Assembly: GCA_023231475.1 (NCBI GenBank)
Contig: JALJEE010000451.1
Coordinates: 46,200 to 66,199 of the forward strand
Direction of reading: 5' to 3'
Length of the DNA stretch: 20,000 nt
Source: Seison nebaliae
Taxonomy: Eukaryota
The notes under the pieces are model-generated. The model was not told where the DNA came from, did no database searches, and worked only from the letters and a program-made list of their open reading frames with translations. The position numbers were made by a program, and so were the translations under genes. Numbering within the stretch: the first letter of the stretch is position 1; each line of letters starts with the position of its first letter. This document shows positions 1 through 13,284 of the stretch, piece by piece.

Positions 1-135
1 AATGTGAACAATTGATGAATCGATTTTCATTTCAAGTTGTAGGCTATATAATTTGATCAGTTTCTATAGGACGTTCTAAGCCGAAGAGGAAATTTAATTT
101 TAACGAATACGATTTGCCAATTTTTTTAAATAGAA

Positions 136-3100
136 ATGAGTTCATCCAAGATGAAATTTCGTGATGTGGATGATGACAACGTGTCGGAGACGAATGAAGT
201 GAATGAAGACAATCCGTTTTATGAGAATACAGAGAAGACGCAAGCGCCATCACAAGACGACGCAGCTTATTTCGAATTTACAGATATACCCGTCGATATG
301 GGTAATCATTCGAGAAATGGTGGAATGTGTGGTCGAGAGAAAATGTTTGATTTGGAGAAGAAAGTTAATGACAAGATACAAGATCGAACGGATAGGAAAT
401 TTGAATGTGATATGGAATATGAGGAGACGAAGAAGAATAAGAATGTTGATCAAGAGAATAATCGATTCGGTTATGAGGAAAAGAAGAAGTTCCATGAAGA
501 GAGAGAAGAATGTGCATATTGTGGATATGATGATGATATGTGTATTGGGAAATGTCTATCATCAGGCAGATGGTTCTGTAATCGAATGAGTCGTAATGGA
601 AGTTGTAGTCATATCGTTTATCATTTAATACGAAGTGGATTCAAACGAGTACAATTACATCCTACCGGTCCATTAGCTGGTATTGAACTCCAATGTTATT
701 ATTGTGGAAATGACAATGTTTTCACTCTCGGTTACATTCCTGCGAAACGGGAAAGTTTCGTCATAATTCTTTGTCGGACCAATTGTCCCCAACAAGTGAT
801 CGAGGAAGCGGATTGGGATTCACATGAATGGGAACCGTTAATTAAGGAACGACGATTTCTTCCATGGATTTTGAAAGAATCGAAAAAATTGTCATCTGTC
901 AATAATGATAATTTGCCAATGATTACGAGAAATCAGATGGATAAAATGGAGCAGAAATGGCGATTGGAACGTGATATGCAAGAGACATCAGAATATGATG
1001 AAAAGAATATTCCTCAACTTGAACAATTGAGACATATGGAAGCGAAATATGCAAATATTGAAGAATATTGTAAAATCTTTCAAGCTTTATTGACAGTGGA
1101 AGCGGATGAAGATCGTCGTCGAAAGGAGAGTATGAAACAAACGAAAGTGAATGTTCGTTGGGAACGTGGTCTCAACAAGAAGTTGTATGTTTATTTCGAA
1201 TTATCTTTAGCGACAGATGACGTTCGATTGTTCGTTGGTGATGAAGTGAAATTAGTACGATCGATTCCCATAGAGAAAGATGAGAATGATAAATCGATTA
1301 GTCGATTAACTGCTGATTTGTCGACGTTAATTCCATTCTCTACTGATCGTACACGAATCGAAACGGAAGATGGTCGATCGAAATTTAATCATGGACATTT
1401 GACGAGTGGTGGAAAACAATCGTCGAAGAAACAAAAACAACATGGTGATCCGAATGAATTGACGGGATATATCACTCGAGTGCCAACGCCATTTTCGAAC
1501 GAATTTCAAGTTCAATTGAGTGGCGATAAATTGCAAACGGATATAGTAGATGTAGAATTAGTATGGAATAAAACACCATTTAAACGAATGCAAGAAGCAT
1601 TGAAAGAATTAGAAGGTATTATGAATAAACAATTGCCTACATCTACTACCAGTCTTCGAGCAGCTCTCCAACGTGGACATTTGATATTATTGAAGAAATT
1701 ATTGGGTCAAATTTCATTTACTCAACAAACTTCTTATTTGACGTCACTTCTCCAAAAACATAATAATGTTAAGAATAATAGTAAAGGAAATTATTCGATC
1801 AAAGGTCTCCCTCAATTAAATCCCTCACAAATCGCTGCTGTTAAAGATGCTTTGAATAATGATTGTACATTAATTCAGGGACCACCAGGAACTGGTAAAA
1901 CGTCAACATCATCAACGATTGTTTATCATCTCTTCCAAGAAACGAAACAACAATTACTCGTTTGTGCTTCATCTAATTGTGCAGTAGATCAATTAGCAGA
2001 TAAAATCTATTCAACTGGTCTGAAAGTTGTACGCGTTTATTCAAAAGCGAGAGAAGCTCTCCCAACTATCGATTGTCCATATGCTCTTCATATGAAAGTT
2101 AAATCGGAAACGAATAATGAGAAATTAGCGAAATTACAAAAGTTGAAAGATGAATTTGGTGAATTGACAGTAGATGACGAGAAGGAATATATCACGATGA
2201 GATTCGCAGCTGAATCGAGAATTTTAAGAGATGCAAATGTCATTTGTTGTACATGTATCGGAGCGTTCGATCCCAGATTAAGTGGTATGAATTTCCCCAT
2301 CGTTCTCATTGACGAATCGACGCAAGCTGGAGAAATTCAATGTATGATACCAATAACGAAAGGATGTGGCAAATTGATATTAGTAGGAGATTATTGTCAA
2401 TTAGGACCGATCGTCTTATCGACACATGCAGCTGCTGCTGGACTTAATTCTAGTTTATTCGAAAGATTATTAGTTTTGGGAGCGAAACCGATTCGATTAC
2501 AAGTTCAATATCGAATGCATCCTTTCCTCTCCAAATTCCCATCGAATACTTTCTATGAAGGTTCACTTCAGAACGGCGTAACGGAAAGCGAACGAACATT
2601 AGATGTATTAGCGAAAGGTTCCTTCACTTGGCCAGTTGAACATATTCCCACATTCTTTTATTGTTGTAATGGACAAGAAGAGATATCAGCGACGGGGAAA
2701 AGTTGTCTCAATCGAATGGAAGCGACATATGTGAGAAATATTGTCGTACGTTTATTACGATGTGGATTGAATCCGGAACAAATTGGTATAATGACACCAT
2801 ATGAAGGACAACGATCATTTTTATTCCAACATATTCATCATTCTGGAGAGATATCAGTAGAGCATTGTGGTGAATTAGAAATATCATCAGTTGATGCGTT
2901 TCAAGGTCGAGAAAAAGATTTCATCATTTTAAGTTGTGTACGATCGAATGTGAAGCAAGGTATCGGATTCTTGAAAGATCCACGACGACTTAATGTCGCT
3001 ATTACTCGTGCAAAGTTTTAAATATTTATTTTATTCTATAATTTAGAAATTATCTTTTCCTTCTAATTCTTATTATAGATATGGATTGATTATTATTGGA

Positions 3101-4247
3101 AATGCGAAATTGTTATCGGAAGATAATATTTGGAATCATCTTCTTCATTTTTATCAGAATGAGAATTTGTTAGTTGAAGGACCATTGAATCAATTGAAAA
3201 AATCGAAAATAATCCTACATCAATTGGCACCATTAAAGAATCCGATTAATCCTGTTTAATTTCTTTAATTTCTTTCTCATCTCATTATTATTATTTATTC
3301 CAATTCTTTTAAAGGGATATCATTTCGCTTTCAAAAACTTTAGTCGATCCAATGCTGATGGTGATGGAAATGGAAGAAATGGAAAGAATGACGAATCTAT
3401 CGCCAATTCACAAATGCTAATTATGATGATGATGAACGATCGACAACAACAACAACAACAACAACAAGAGAGTCAACAAGGAAATGATCAATCAAATATG
3501 TCGAATCAAGGAACATTTGCGAATGATCGAGATATTCCATTATCAATTCCCAAATTTCTACCTGGTCGTTATAGTCAATTTGGGAGTACATCAAATAATT
3601 ATGGATCAGATATGATAACACAATCATCAATGAATATGCAAATGCCGATGTCGAATTCGAATGTTCATTATCCACCATCACTCCAACAACCACCACCATC
3701 TCATTCCAATCATCAGGATAATTCATATGAAATGACACAGACGAATGGTGTAGATAAGAGGAATCCAGTCAATCAAATTTATTATGAGAATAAAGACTCT
3801 CGATGTGTGTCATCTGAAGAATTCAGTCAATCCAATAACAAGAACAATTACAACAACAGTGTTCGATATGTCCAAAACCGTAATCGCAATCAGCAACCAT
3901 CTCATCCGATTATGGAGAGATATCCTGTTCCATTCAATTTGTTCGTCCCTCCAACAATCGATCAGTCTCAAGTTCATTCGATGGGCGATAATCATTCGCA
4001 TCAACAATCGAACAATTTCACCGATCATCTCTCCTCTCAATCCCAAACTCAATTGACTCAATTTGGCAATGAGGAAGGTTCCCAAATGTTATACACTCAA
4101 CATCCCGGCCAATTATCTGATCAACGAAATTATCAATTCTCTCAACAGATGCCACAATCACAATTGACGACGGAGACTATGCACAGTCAATTGTCATTCC
4201 CTGATGGGAATTTCTCCCAATTTCCTGAAAATGATCGTCACTTATAA
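136..4247 (+). CDS. UPF1: Regulator of nonsense transcripts 1 (UPF1/RENT1) SF1 RNA helicase; exons 136-3014, 3079-3253, 3315-4247; ~1328 aa
   Basis: CH zinc domain (CAYCG...WFCN...SHIVYHL...CYYCG...LLCR-like IILCR), Walker A QGPPGTGKT, DESTQA, GDYCQLGP, LQVQYRMHP, SVDAFQGREKD, RRLNVAITRAK. Removing introns 3015-3078 and 3254-3314 (GT-AG) restores TRAK|YGLIIIGN...EGPLNQLK...NPINP|GYHF and joins the SQ/TQ-rich C-terminal ORF (3414-4247). Confidence 0.97.
3443..3467 (+). repeat. (CAA)n microsatellite encoding poly-Gln in the UPF1 C-terminal region
   Basis: About 8 CAA copies, read as RQQQQQQQQE. Confidence 0.9.
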
Positions 4248-5001
4248 ACGATCATCAACATTGGAAGTCTAACAACGTTTCATTATGCATCCCCTCACGC
4301 AATGTGTATTGCGTTTAAATTTTTTTTTTTAGATTGACAATATATCTATCGTCTCGTTTCAGAAGCATCCTCCTTTTCCTCTATGGATATCGTCCACCTT
4401 TTTTCTCAAATGGTAAAAAGAGAATAGAACGAATTGATTCGGCATTTTTATTTCATCTTTCATTTCCTCAATAATCCAGACACATACACATACGAGGGAT
4501 ATTTGTGTCTTTGGGATGATGATTGTTTGTGTGAGAGAAAGAAATAAAATTCATTTTCACCATTACGATCAGATTAATTAGTTTTCAAACGTTTCTTGTC
4601 TATCCGCACATGTTTTCCACAAAGATAAAAATAAAAAGAAAATTAAATAAATTAAAATTGATTTGAATTCCTGTAGCAATCGATTAAAATGGAAATGATT
4701 AGTCCCAAAATCTTCAAAGCATCAACATCTCATACTCCATTGCCTTCTCCTCCTCCTCCTCCTCACTAATATGAGATTTGTCAGGAAAGGGCAAATGTCA
4801 GTGAAGAATAGTTGCCTCCGAATTTTAGCGACAAAAAAAAAGGATTAGTAGGAGAGAAAAGAAGAAAAATAAAATTCACATCGGAATCAATGTCTTCTGT
4901 GAGTTGATCGTGTGTAGGTGTGTTTTTTGTGTATGTTGATCCTTTCTCAGAATGACATGTGATTTTTAAGAGCAAACATTTCAATCGAATAAGTTAAATG
5001 G

Positions 5002-5872
5002 TTATTCCATTTGATAGTGGGGAGTTTCCATTTCTCGTTGATACGAACCTTTTGTGACGACATATGAAACGATCAATCCAAAGAAGACGATACACATTCC
5101 ATAGATGTTGATGAGAACGCCTTCTCCCGACATTTCATTATATCTTTTTTAAATATGAGAATTAATCGAGAATAAATAGAATTGAGAAATTTGATTAGAA
5201 GAAACTTGATAGATGCAGAAATGAATGTCACTTTTTCCATAATTCCCAAGAGAGCGGAAAGACAAGATAAAATGAAAATTGCCACACCCCAAAATCTGTG
5301 TTTGGGCATTAATGCTGTGCGTAACGTGTCACTGAGTTTGGGAAAGAGAAATGCAACGAAGCCAGACATCCATTGCAAAGTGAAGAGAATTATTGTCGTC
5401 ATACCAATCCATGAATGGAGTGTGTACATATTGGGAATTGGTGGCTCTTTCAAATTGTGAGTGTCGAATACAGCCACCAATCCCACGATGGAGAAGATGA
5501 ATGCAGCCATATGCAATGTAGCATGTATTATTTTTATGTGTGTTTTCTTCATGTTTCGAAAGACACGAAACAACAATATCGCTAATAAAATACAATTGAT
5601 AATGAGAGAAATAATGATGATGATAAGAAAATCGAACAATTCCCATAGAAGAAGATGAGACCGATCGTCATGAATAAAGGATGATAATTAAATTCCCGAG
5701 TTAAATCAGAACGACCAGCTAAACCGCCTCGATATTTCCAAATCCAAAAACTTACGAGAACAATGGCGAGAGAACCGAACACTTCGGCAATCACCACCAG
5801 AATGGAGAAGATGTTCGCCATTCGCTTTCCATTATTAGCTGTGTCCATTAGATTCCGTTGACTATCGTACAT
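5002..5872 (-). CDS. Cytochrome b561 family transmembrane ascorbate-dependent reductase (CYBRD1/CYB561-like); exons 5872-5638, 5581-5206, 5143-5002; ~250 aa
   Basis: Four heme-ligand His (FNYHP, KIIHA, TLHSW, KHRFWG), SILLFRVFR and TLHSW substrate motifs, and multiple TM helices. Introns 5637-5582 and 5205-5144 (GT-AG) restore the frame to ...GEGVLINIYG...YQME*. Start is ATG 5872 or 5848. Confidence 0.93.
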
Positions 5873-6356
5873 CGAACGAGAGAATCCTGAGAAAAGTTCC
5901 ACGTAGCACACTTATCTTCTCTGCTTATACAAATGGTTTGTCGATCTTTTGTTATGTTAGATAAAATTATCGGATAAAAATTATTTTAAATAAAATTCAA
6001 AGGAAATTACGTAGAGCAACCTCCACTTGATCTGGTGTAAAATGAATTAAATTGATCATTTTCCAATACAAAGCTTGATATAAAATTTTATATTTATATT
6101 TTATTTTATTTATTTAACATTTATTTATTTAACATAAATTTATATAATAACAATTTTTATTCATTATAATTAAATGTTCTTGATCAATTATTAAAAATAT
6201 TCGTAAAAATATTTGGAGATCCAACAAACAATTCCTCTATCAATAACAAAATTTTCATATCTCTTCAATTTTTAGCTTTGACGTCAAATCATTTCAATTT
6301 CCCCATTTTCAAAACAATAACATCAATCAACAATTGTCAATCTTAAAGATATGATA

Positions 6357-7692
6357 TCATGATAAAATCTTTGAGATTTGATGAGTTTTATCTGTCGATC
6401 GAAATTCATTGTAATCGCCAAATAGCTTAATAGCTAAACTGTAACTACTCTTGTCCCATCCACCATTATGCGTACCGTTGACAATGCGGACTAAGCACGA
6501 TCGATTTTGATTGGAACAACGAACGATGTCATATAATTGTTCCATCATCGACGGTGGTACCTGAAATGAATGGAGAAGAATGAAGAGATGAAATGAAAGA
6601 AATGTGAACTAATTCATCCATTTCACCCGAGAGAAATAGAATTGGAATATTCTTACTGATCATTTTGAGTTTTCCTTCTGAATTGAATTTGGAAGCGACG
6701 AGAAAATTTGGCAATTTGTTGACCCAATTTGCACCAGCGATCTCTCTTCCCATTTTTGGTATGGAAAGGAATGTGTTATCGATAATGACTCCCGCCAAAT
6801 CATTTTGTCGTCGATACATGAGATCGATGGCGACTGCTCCACCTAAACTTCGTCCAAATAAAATAATTGGCAATTTGGGAAAATTGTTTTTGACGAAATC
6901 GAGAACATATAATGAATCTTTCTCCAAATATTTCTCATTAGGGAAGGAGGACGATAATCCAAATCCACGATATTCTACCAACAGAATGTGACAATTGAAA
7001 ATGTTCTGGAATTTGGGTATTTCATATTGACGATCGAAAACAGAACCGGCATTCCCATGGAAATGGATGATGAAAATCTCCTTCAACTTTTTATTGGTGA
7101 GAGAATTGGGCGGGAAATAAAGTGAATGGATTTTATTATCATCGAATGATTTAATATGAATGGATTTAGTGAAGAGATTAGATTGAGATTGTTGATGGAG
7201 TGCTGAATAGGTTGATGTTTTCCTTATTGGAGTATTGAGAGAGAATAGATCGTGAATATCCAATAATTGATGTCGTCGCAAATAGGCGGAATAAAGTAAA
7301 TTTGGATAGAAGAGAAACGAATCCTCCAACTTGTACAAAATGTTGAGGAGACAAATGGAGAAGATGAGAAGAAGTAATAAGAAGAATATAAAATTGTATA
7401 TGATCGAATAAATGGTAAGAAGAGGTAGAAGAATAAGAAATGAATTCCGACACATCTCCTTCTTGTCACCAAATGATTTTTGATAAATGAATTGAATAGT
7501 TTGAAAGAAATCGAACGATGAATTATTTTTCTTCAAATTCATGATGTCTTTATCCATCTGTGATATCCAACTGTCATCCAAAATGACATTCTCTTCACAA
7601 TCACTCTCTCCCGACACATAACCAAATGATTCGTCGACCGACTCATTCTCCAGACGGATAAATGGAGTGTTCTTCATTTCCCCATCAAACAT
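6357..7692 (-). CDS. ABHD13: ABHD13-like alpha/beta hydrolase; exons 7692-6610, 6560-6357; ~428 aa
   Basis: TM helix then LFYP, HFHGNAG, VEYRGFG, nucleophile GRSLGG, IIDNTFLSI. Intron 6609-6561 restores DEL|VPPSMMEQLY...GTHNGGW (catalytic Asp and His). First in-frame ATG is at 7692; the ORF-track extension to 7884 is non-ATG. Confidence 0.88.
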
Positions 7693-7963
7693 CTGTCCAA
7701 TGGGAAATGCAGGTGATGAAAAAGAAAAAAAGTTTTTGAAAAAAAAAATAATTGGATATGTCAAAGGTGAAATGGATTGAGGAGGGGCAAAAGAGTGAAC
7801 AAGCTTCAAAATTGAAGATGACACTCTCTTAATCCATTCAACACATGGAGGAAGTGGATTGAAGAAAATAATAAAGTTTCCCAAAATTCTTCCGAAACAA
7901 TCTTCATTTATATTTTACGAAAATTCAAAATTTAACCTTACGATCTGGTGTGGACGAATATCC
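7693..7963. promoter_or_regulatory. Probable bidirectional promoter between the head-to-head ABHD13-like and DDB1 genes
   Basis: Divergent ATGs at 7692 (-) and 7964 (+) are only 271 bp apart. Inferred from geometry only. Confidence 0.6.
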
Positions 7964-10900
7964 ATGATGCGATCGACGAAAACTCCCTTCTACGCTTATG
8001 TAGCTGAAGTGGAGAAGGGCGATGCTATTGTTGATTGTGTAGTGGGCAATTTTGGATGTAAACACAAACAAATACTAATTATGGGAAGGAATCAATCACT
8101 CGATATTTATGAGATGAATGACGAAGAATTAGTTCGATTAAAATCCTTCAAACTTTATGGGGAAATTAATCGATTGAGCAAATTCGAAGTGGGACAACGT
8201 GATTATCTCGTCATATTATTCTGCAATTTCAAAGCGATCATACTCACTTTCTTTGATGATAATGATGATAATCGAATGACAGCTCAAACTTTAGCTAGTG
8301 TTGATCTGATGATGGTGAATGGTCGTGAAACTGGTAATGGAAATTTAATAGAAGTTGATCCGAGAAATCGAATGATCGCTCTCCATCAATTTGATGGTAT
8401 TCTAACATACATTCCAATTCATATCGATCAACCAATTAATCCTGAAAAAAATCGTCATTGTTATTGGAAAGTTCTTCATACTCTCATCAATTCGATGGAT
8501 TTGGTTGATATGAAATTCCTTCATGGTTATGAAGAGAGTACTCTCGCTATTATTCGTCGAGTGAAAGGTAATCGATTAACATATTCTCGAATTCAAATAG
8601 ATATAAATCGATCGGAAATATTATTATGTGAACCATCGGAATATTTCCTTCTCGATTGGTACGAATTAAAGAAAGAACGTCCACATATCATGATTTCGAT
8701 AAAGGGACCGATGTATGGCGTTTTCATCGTCGACCGTACAGGAATCACATATTTGAATGATAATTTATATATGAATGATTATCATATTCTTCCAATCATT
8801 CAACGATTAGCAGATTTGAAAGAGAGGAAGAAATTTGAAATTGACATGAAACGATTATTGAGGAAATTCAATCGACAAATCTTTTCAACAAATCTTTTGA
8901 AGAATAACGAAATTTTATGTTACGTTGAATTGAAAGTGACAGAATATTTATTGTTGAGTAATAATGGAAGTATGTATCGATTATCGATGGATTGTATGGA
9001 AGTATGTCAAGGAATTTTCCGTCCAACAAATATGAAATTGAAATTCGTTCGAGATACAACCCTCCCACAAACTATGTCTTTATTGAATGATCATTTCCTC
9101 TTTATTAGTAGTCGTTTAGCAAATCATGAATTATATCATATTGATGATAATGGTCAATTGAGATTGATGAAGACATTCAATAGTAATGGACCTTTGGCTG
9201 ATGTTTGTCTCATTAAATCTGATAATTATTCAAGTGATTCATTGATTATGGCATGCAATGCTCATCGACATGGTTGTGTGAAAGTGATGAGGAAGATGGT
9301 AAGAACGGAGAAAATGGAGAAGATTACATTGGAATCAGAATTGATGGGAATTGATCAAATTTCAAATATGTTCCCAATCAGAATAAAATCTTCTTTAAAA
9401 TTATTCGTGAATTATAAGGAACGATCAAAATTGATAAAAGTGAAAGGTGATGACTCTTTCTTCCACAATTCCTCCATTATCGATAAAATTGAAAATAAAT
9501 GTTGTGTTCATGTTCAACAATTGAAATTTGATGAAGATTTCTGGTTGATTGTTCAATCGAATCATCTTCTTTTTATCAAGAATGATAAAATAATATTTGA
9601 GAGAAATTATGAGGATGATGTGGATATAACGGTAGTGAGTTGTCGAATGAACGAGAGATGTGTGATATCTATTGCTTTCGCTTCAACAAATAAATTATTT
9701 CATATAAAATTCCAGTTGGTCAATGAAGAATTGACGATTGAGAAGGAGGAGAAGGTTTGGGAATTTGACTATTTCATTTCGTGTATCGATCTTTCTTCAT
9801 TATCATTCAATCTGTTAGCATTGGGATTATGGGAGAAGGATGTGATGAAAATTATTGATTTAACAGATGATCAAATAATGAATTATGATGAATTTGATGA
9901 ATTTCGTGTACGTTCTGTCAAATTCTTATCGATCGTCGATCGTTACGAATTGTTATTCGTTGCCCTTTTTAATGGAATGTTAAAATATTTTCAAAAGATG
10001 GACAATTCTCATATTTATGAGTTGATCGGTCAAGTGTCCATTTATGGTAAATTGTCGGTCATTCGTAGAATTATTTATTTGAATGACAAACCTGCTGAAG
10101 ATTATTCCTATAAAATGGATCATCGATTGTTTGAAGATAATGTGAATGTTCGAGAGGTAATGGCGAGACAGAGGAGAGGAAAGAAAATTGAAATCCTTCA
10201 TTTGGATACGGGAGAAGGAATGCTTATTTTCCCTGAAAGAAATGACATGAATTATCGATTAATTTTCGCTGATTTATCATCACATTCTTCCTCCATTTGT
10301 CGATCATTCGATTTCGTCAAGAATCATCTCTCCTTCCTTCAAGAAACGAGAAATCGTAAATTGAACAAATGGATCAGTGACGATTATTTAATCTCTCAAC
10401 AAGGCGATATTGAATTGATGGAAATGGAATTGGTGGAGAAATATCATGTTTTACGTCTGCCTTTTGGAGAGACGACCAATAAACTCATTTGTCAAAAGAG
10501 GAATGGTATAATTGGCGTTACAACTTTCCGGACAGATATCACATCTCATATCGTCAAATTTGATAAAGAAAAATTTAAAACGATTCCCTTCGTCGATGAG
10601 AGACGACGATCAAAAAATCATTGTTTCGTACGAACTATTCCTGTTCCGCTTATGAGAGAAGAGAAAGTAGAAGATTATCCAGTCAGTATTCGATTGTTAT
10701 ATGATAATACGGATCGAACGAAAACATATGTTGTCGCTTATTCTCATTATACACAAATTCGTGAATATATTAATGATTTGGTGGAAGTGGAAGGAAGTGA
10801 TGATATATTAAATGATTTATCATCTATTCTTTATGCAACTAAATCGACGAAGAAAGAAGCGACAAATTTCCATTTTCGATTCCATGACATCTTCCAAGGT

Positions 10901-13262
10901 AATATGACATTTCGTGGACGAATTAAAGAATTAAGAACGGACAATTCTAATAAAGTCGATCGAATGTTCATTGCAGGTACACCAATCGAAGTACATAATG
11001 TGACGATAATGGATCGATTTAGTTATCGTCCTTTATTCACTATGCAATTTGATGTAACAGAATGTATTCATTCTCTTATTACTGGACGATTGATAATCGA
11101 TGCTCATTCAGATGACGAGACCGGTGATCATGTAAATACCTCGTCATTCAAACATGAGATTGATGAAGATCTCTATTTTACGGAGAAAGATGAAAACATT
11201 TGGATGGATGAACGAAATGGAGGGAAAAAATGGTCAGATGAATATTTTTTCGTTGGAACATCATTCGCTTCATTGTTTGAGGATGAAGTGAAAATTGGAA
11301 GAATTGTCATATTGAAATGGGAGAATAGTTTCTTTTTCATTTATTCTCTCTTCTTCTTTCATTCTCTCTTTCTTATCAAGACGAATTGATCATGTTTCGA
11401 GAAAAATTAACAAATGGTGCTGTTCATTCATTGAATATTGTGAATGGATGTTTAGTAGCGACAGTGAACGCTTCTGTTATTATTAATATTATTATTTTCA
11501 TTATTTATTTGAAATTTTTATTTATTTTTAATTATTTTTTTATGATGACAGACGAGAATGTTCAAATTGTCAGGAAAAGAATTGAAATTAGAATGTATTA
11601 AAGGAACGTCAAATGTCAATGTGTTGGCAGTGAGAAGTAAAACAGCATCCGTTATAAATGAGAACGATATCAAAGAGATTAAGGAGATCTCTTGCACAGA
11701 ACTCGTCCATCGATCCTTCATCAATAATTCAGATAGAAATTATTTCTTCTCACCTCAAACGGAAGGTAAAGCATTGGTGTTAGTTGGAGATTTGTGTCAA
11801 ACCGTTTCACTTTATGCTTTTAATGCGAAAAAAATGTGTCTCCAATTCGTTCGTCATTTCCTTTATTTCTATCTATCTATATTTATTTCTTTCATCATCA
11901 GTTGGCACATGATCGATATCCCAGTTGGTGTAACGATATGGATTTTCTAGATTTTTCTAGAGGAATCGGATGGAAAGATGATGATGATGATCTAACATCA
12001 TTCATCTCAATTTTAGCAGCAGATGGTAGTGGTAATCTCATTCTTTATTTATATGAACGAGCTGAACGACCAGAAAAACAATTAGATCTCAAATCATTAA
12101 ACATCGACTTCTCCACTGGTCTACCAAATCAACATCGACAATCATGGGATGATCAACTTCCTGAATCGACACTCTCAGCTGAAGTATCCGCCATCATCAA
12201 AGCGAATCATGAACCTGACGAATTTCTGAATGATCCGTTAACTGGTGGATTCTCTCGTTCCACCATCGCCAAATCAACATTACATCGAATTGGACATTTT
12301 CATTTGGGAGAGAATGTCAATCAGATAAGAAGGACTCGATTATGTTCAAATTATTATTCGTTCGTCAAAGAATGGGAAGATAATAATGAACCGATTATTG
12401 AATTTGATATAGATAATAATTTGAAAAATTTTTTCGGGAAAATTTCAGTAAAGAAAGATCCAGGTATTAAATCTCTTCCTACTATGTGTGAGGCAGCATT
12501 TGAAGATCGTCCAATTGCAGAAGAGATGAGTCATAAAGGCAAATTGAGAAATCCATTAAATGTCAATAGTGAATCATTATTGTTAATGAGTGTATCGGGA
12601 GCACTTCATGCTGTTTATTCGATTTCTTACGAAATTTATCAAATTTTGAAGAGAATTGAAACGATAATGACTGCCGGAATCTACACCGAATTACTTCATG
12701 CCAAAATGGAAAATAAAATTATTCCGCTGAACATTTTCAAAGAGATTCAGTCGACTATTAGTCGGACACATCACATCGTATTTCGCTCATTTCACACAGA
12801 ACGAGAATTTATCATGTCAGAAACGTTCATTGATGGAAGTATCGTAGAAAAATTCATTTTATTACCATTCGACGTGCAGAAATATCTCCTCAAATATAAT
12901 AATATTATGAAAGATGTGAGGAGAGCGTCGACGGGGAAGATGATGAAGAAAAATGCACAACAAATCAAAGAATTGATGGAAAAAGAGGAAGTGACAGGAA
13001 ATACGAAAGATTTAATAAGAGAAGAATTCGTTGAAATTGAAACGAAAAATGAGAATTTCTGGCGTGATCAAAAGAAGAGAGCGAACGAATCGATGGAAGA
13101 GAATGTTGTGAAAAAGACGAAGAGTTTCAAAGTGAAAATTTTTCATAAGCAAATCAATAATATCATCTACAATTTTATTTATTCACATTAGACCGTTTGA
13201 TGGTGGTAGTAGTATTGTTAATATTGAGAGAAGAATTTATTAATAAACTTTCTCCCAACTAG
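7964..13262 (+). CDS. DDB1: DNA damage-binding protein 1 (DDB1), divergent and expanded; exons 7964-11327, 11381-11475, 11552-11848, 11902-13123, 13192-13262; ~1682 aa
   Basis: Recognisable DDB1 segments in order: YVAEVEKGDAIVDCVVGNF, GRETGNGNLIEVDP, DMKFLHG, SNGPLADV, EVHNVTIMD, YFFVGTS..EDEVKIGRIVIL, GAVHSL...LVATVNAS|TRMF, LVGDL, AHDRYPSW, IGHFHLGENVN, FRSFHTER, FIDGSIVEKF. The last intron donor is uncertain (13124 GTT preferred; 13132 GTG would end the CDS at 13200). Confidence 0.9.
13236..13247. terminator. Palindromic bidirectional polyadenylation signal TTTATTAATAAA
   Basis: Perfect 12-bp palindrome giving AATAAA on both strands, located at the junction of two convergent genes. Confidence 0.5.
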
Positions 13263-13284
13263 TAACTGGAAGAGAATTCCATTC

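Noticed and set aside
6277..6288. Palindrome TTTGACGTCAAA containing a CRE site upstream of cytochrome b561
   Set aside because: A single short motif, probably within the ABHD13 3' region, with no independent support.
7693..7963. Overlap of ORFs 6529..7884 (-) and 7859..11389 (+)
   Set aside because: Artefact of non-ATG starts in the ORF track; the real ATGs are at 7692 and 7964.
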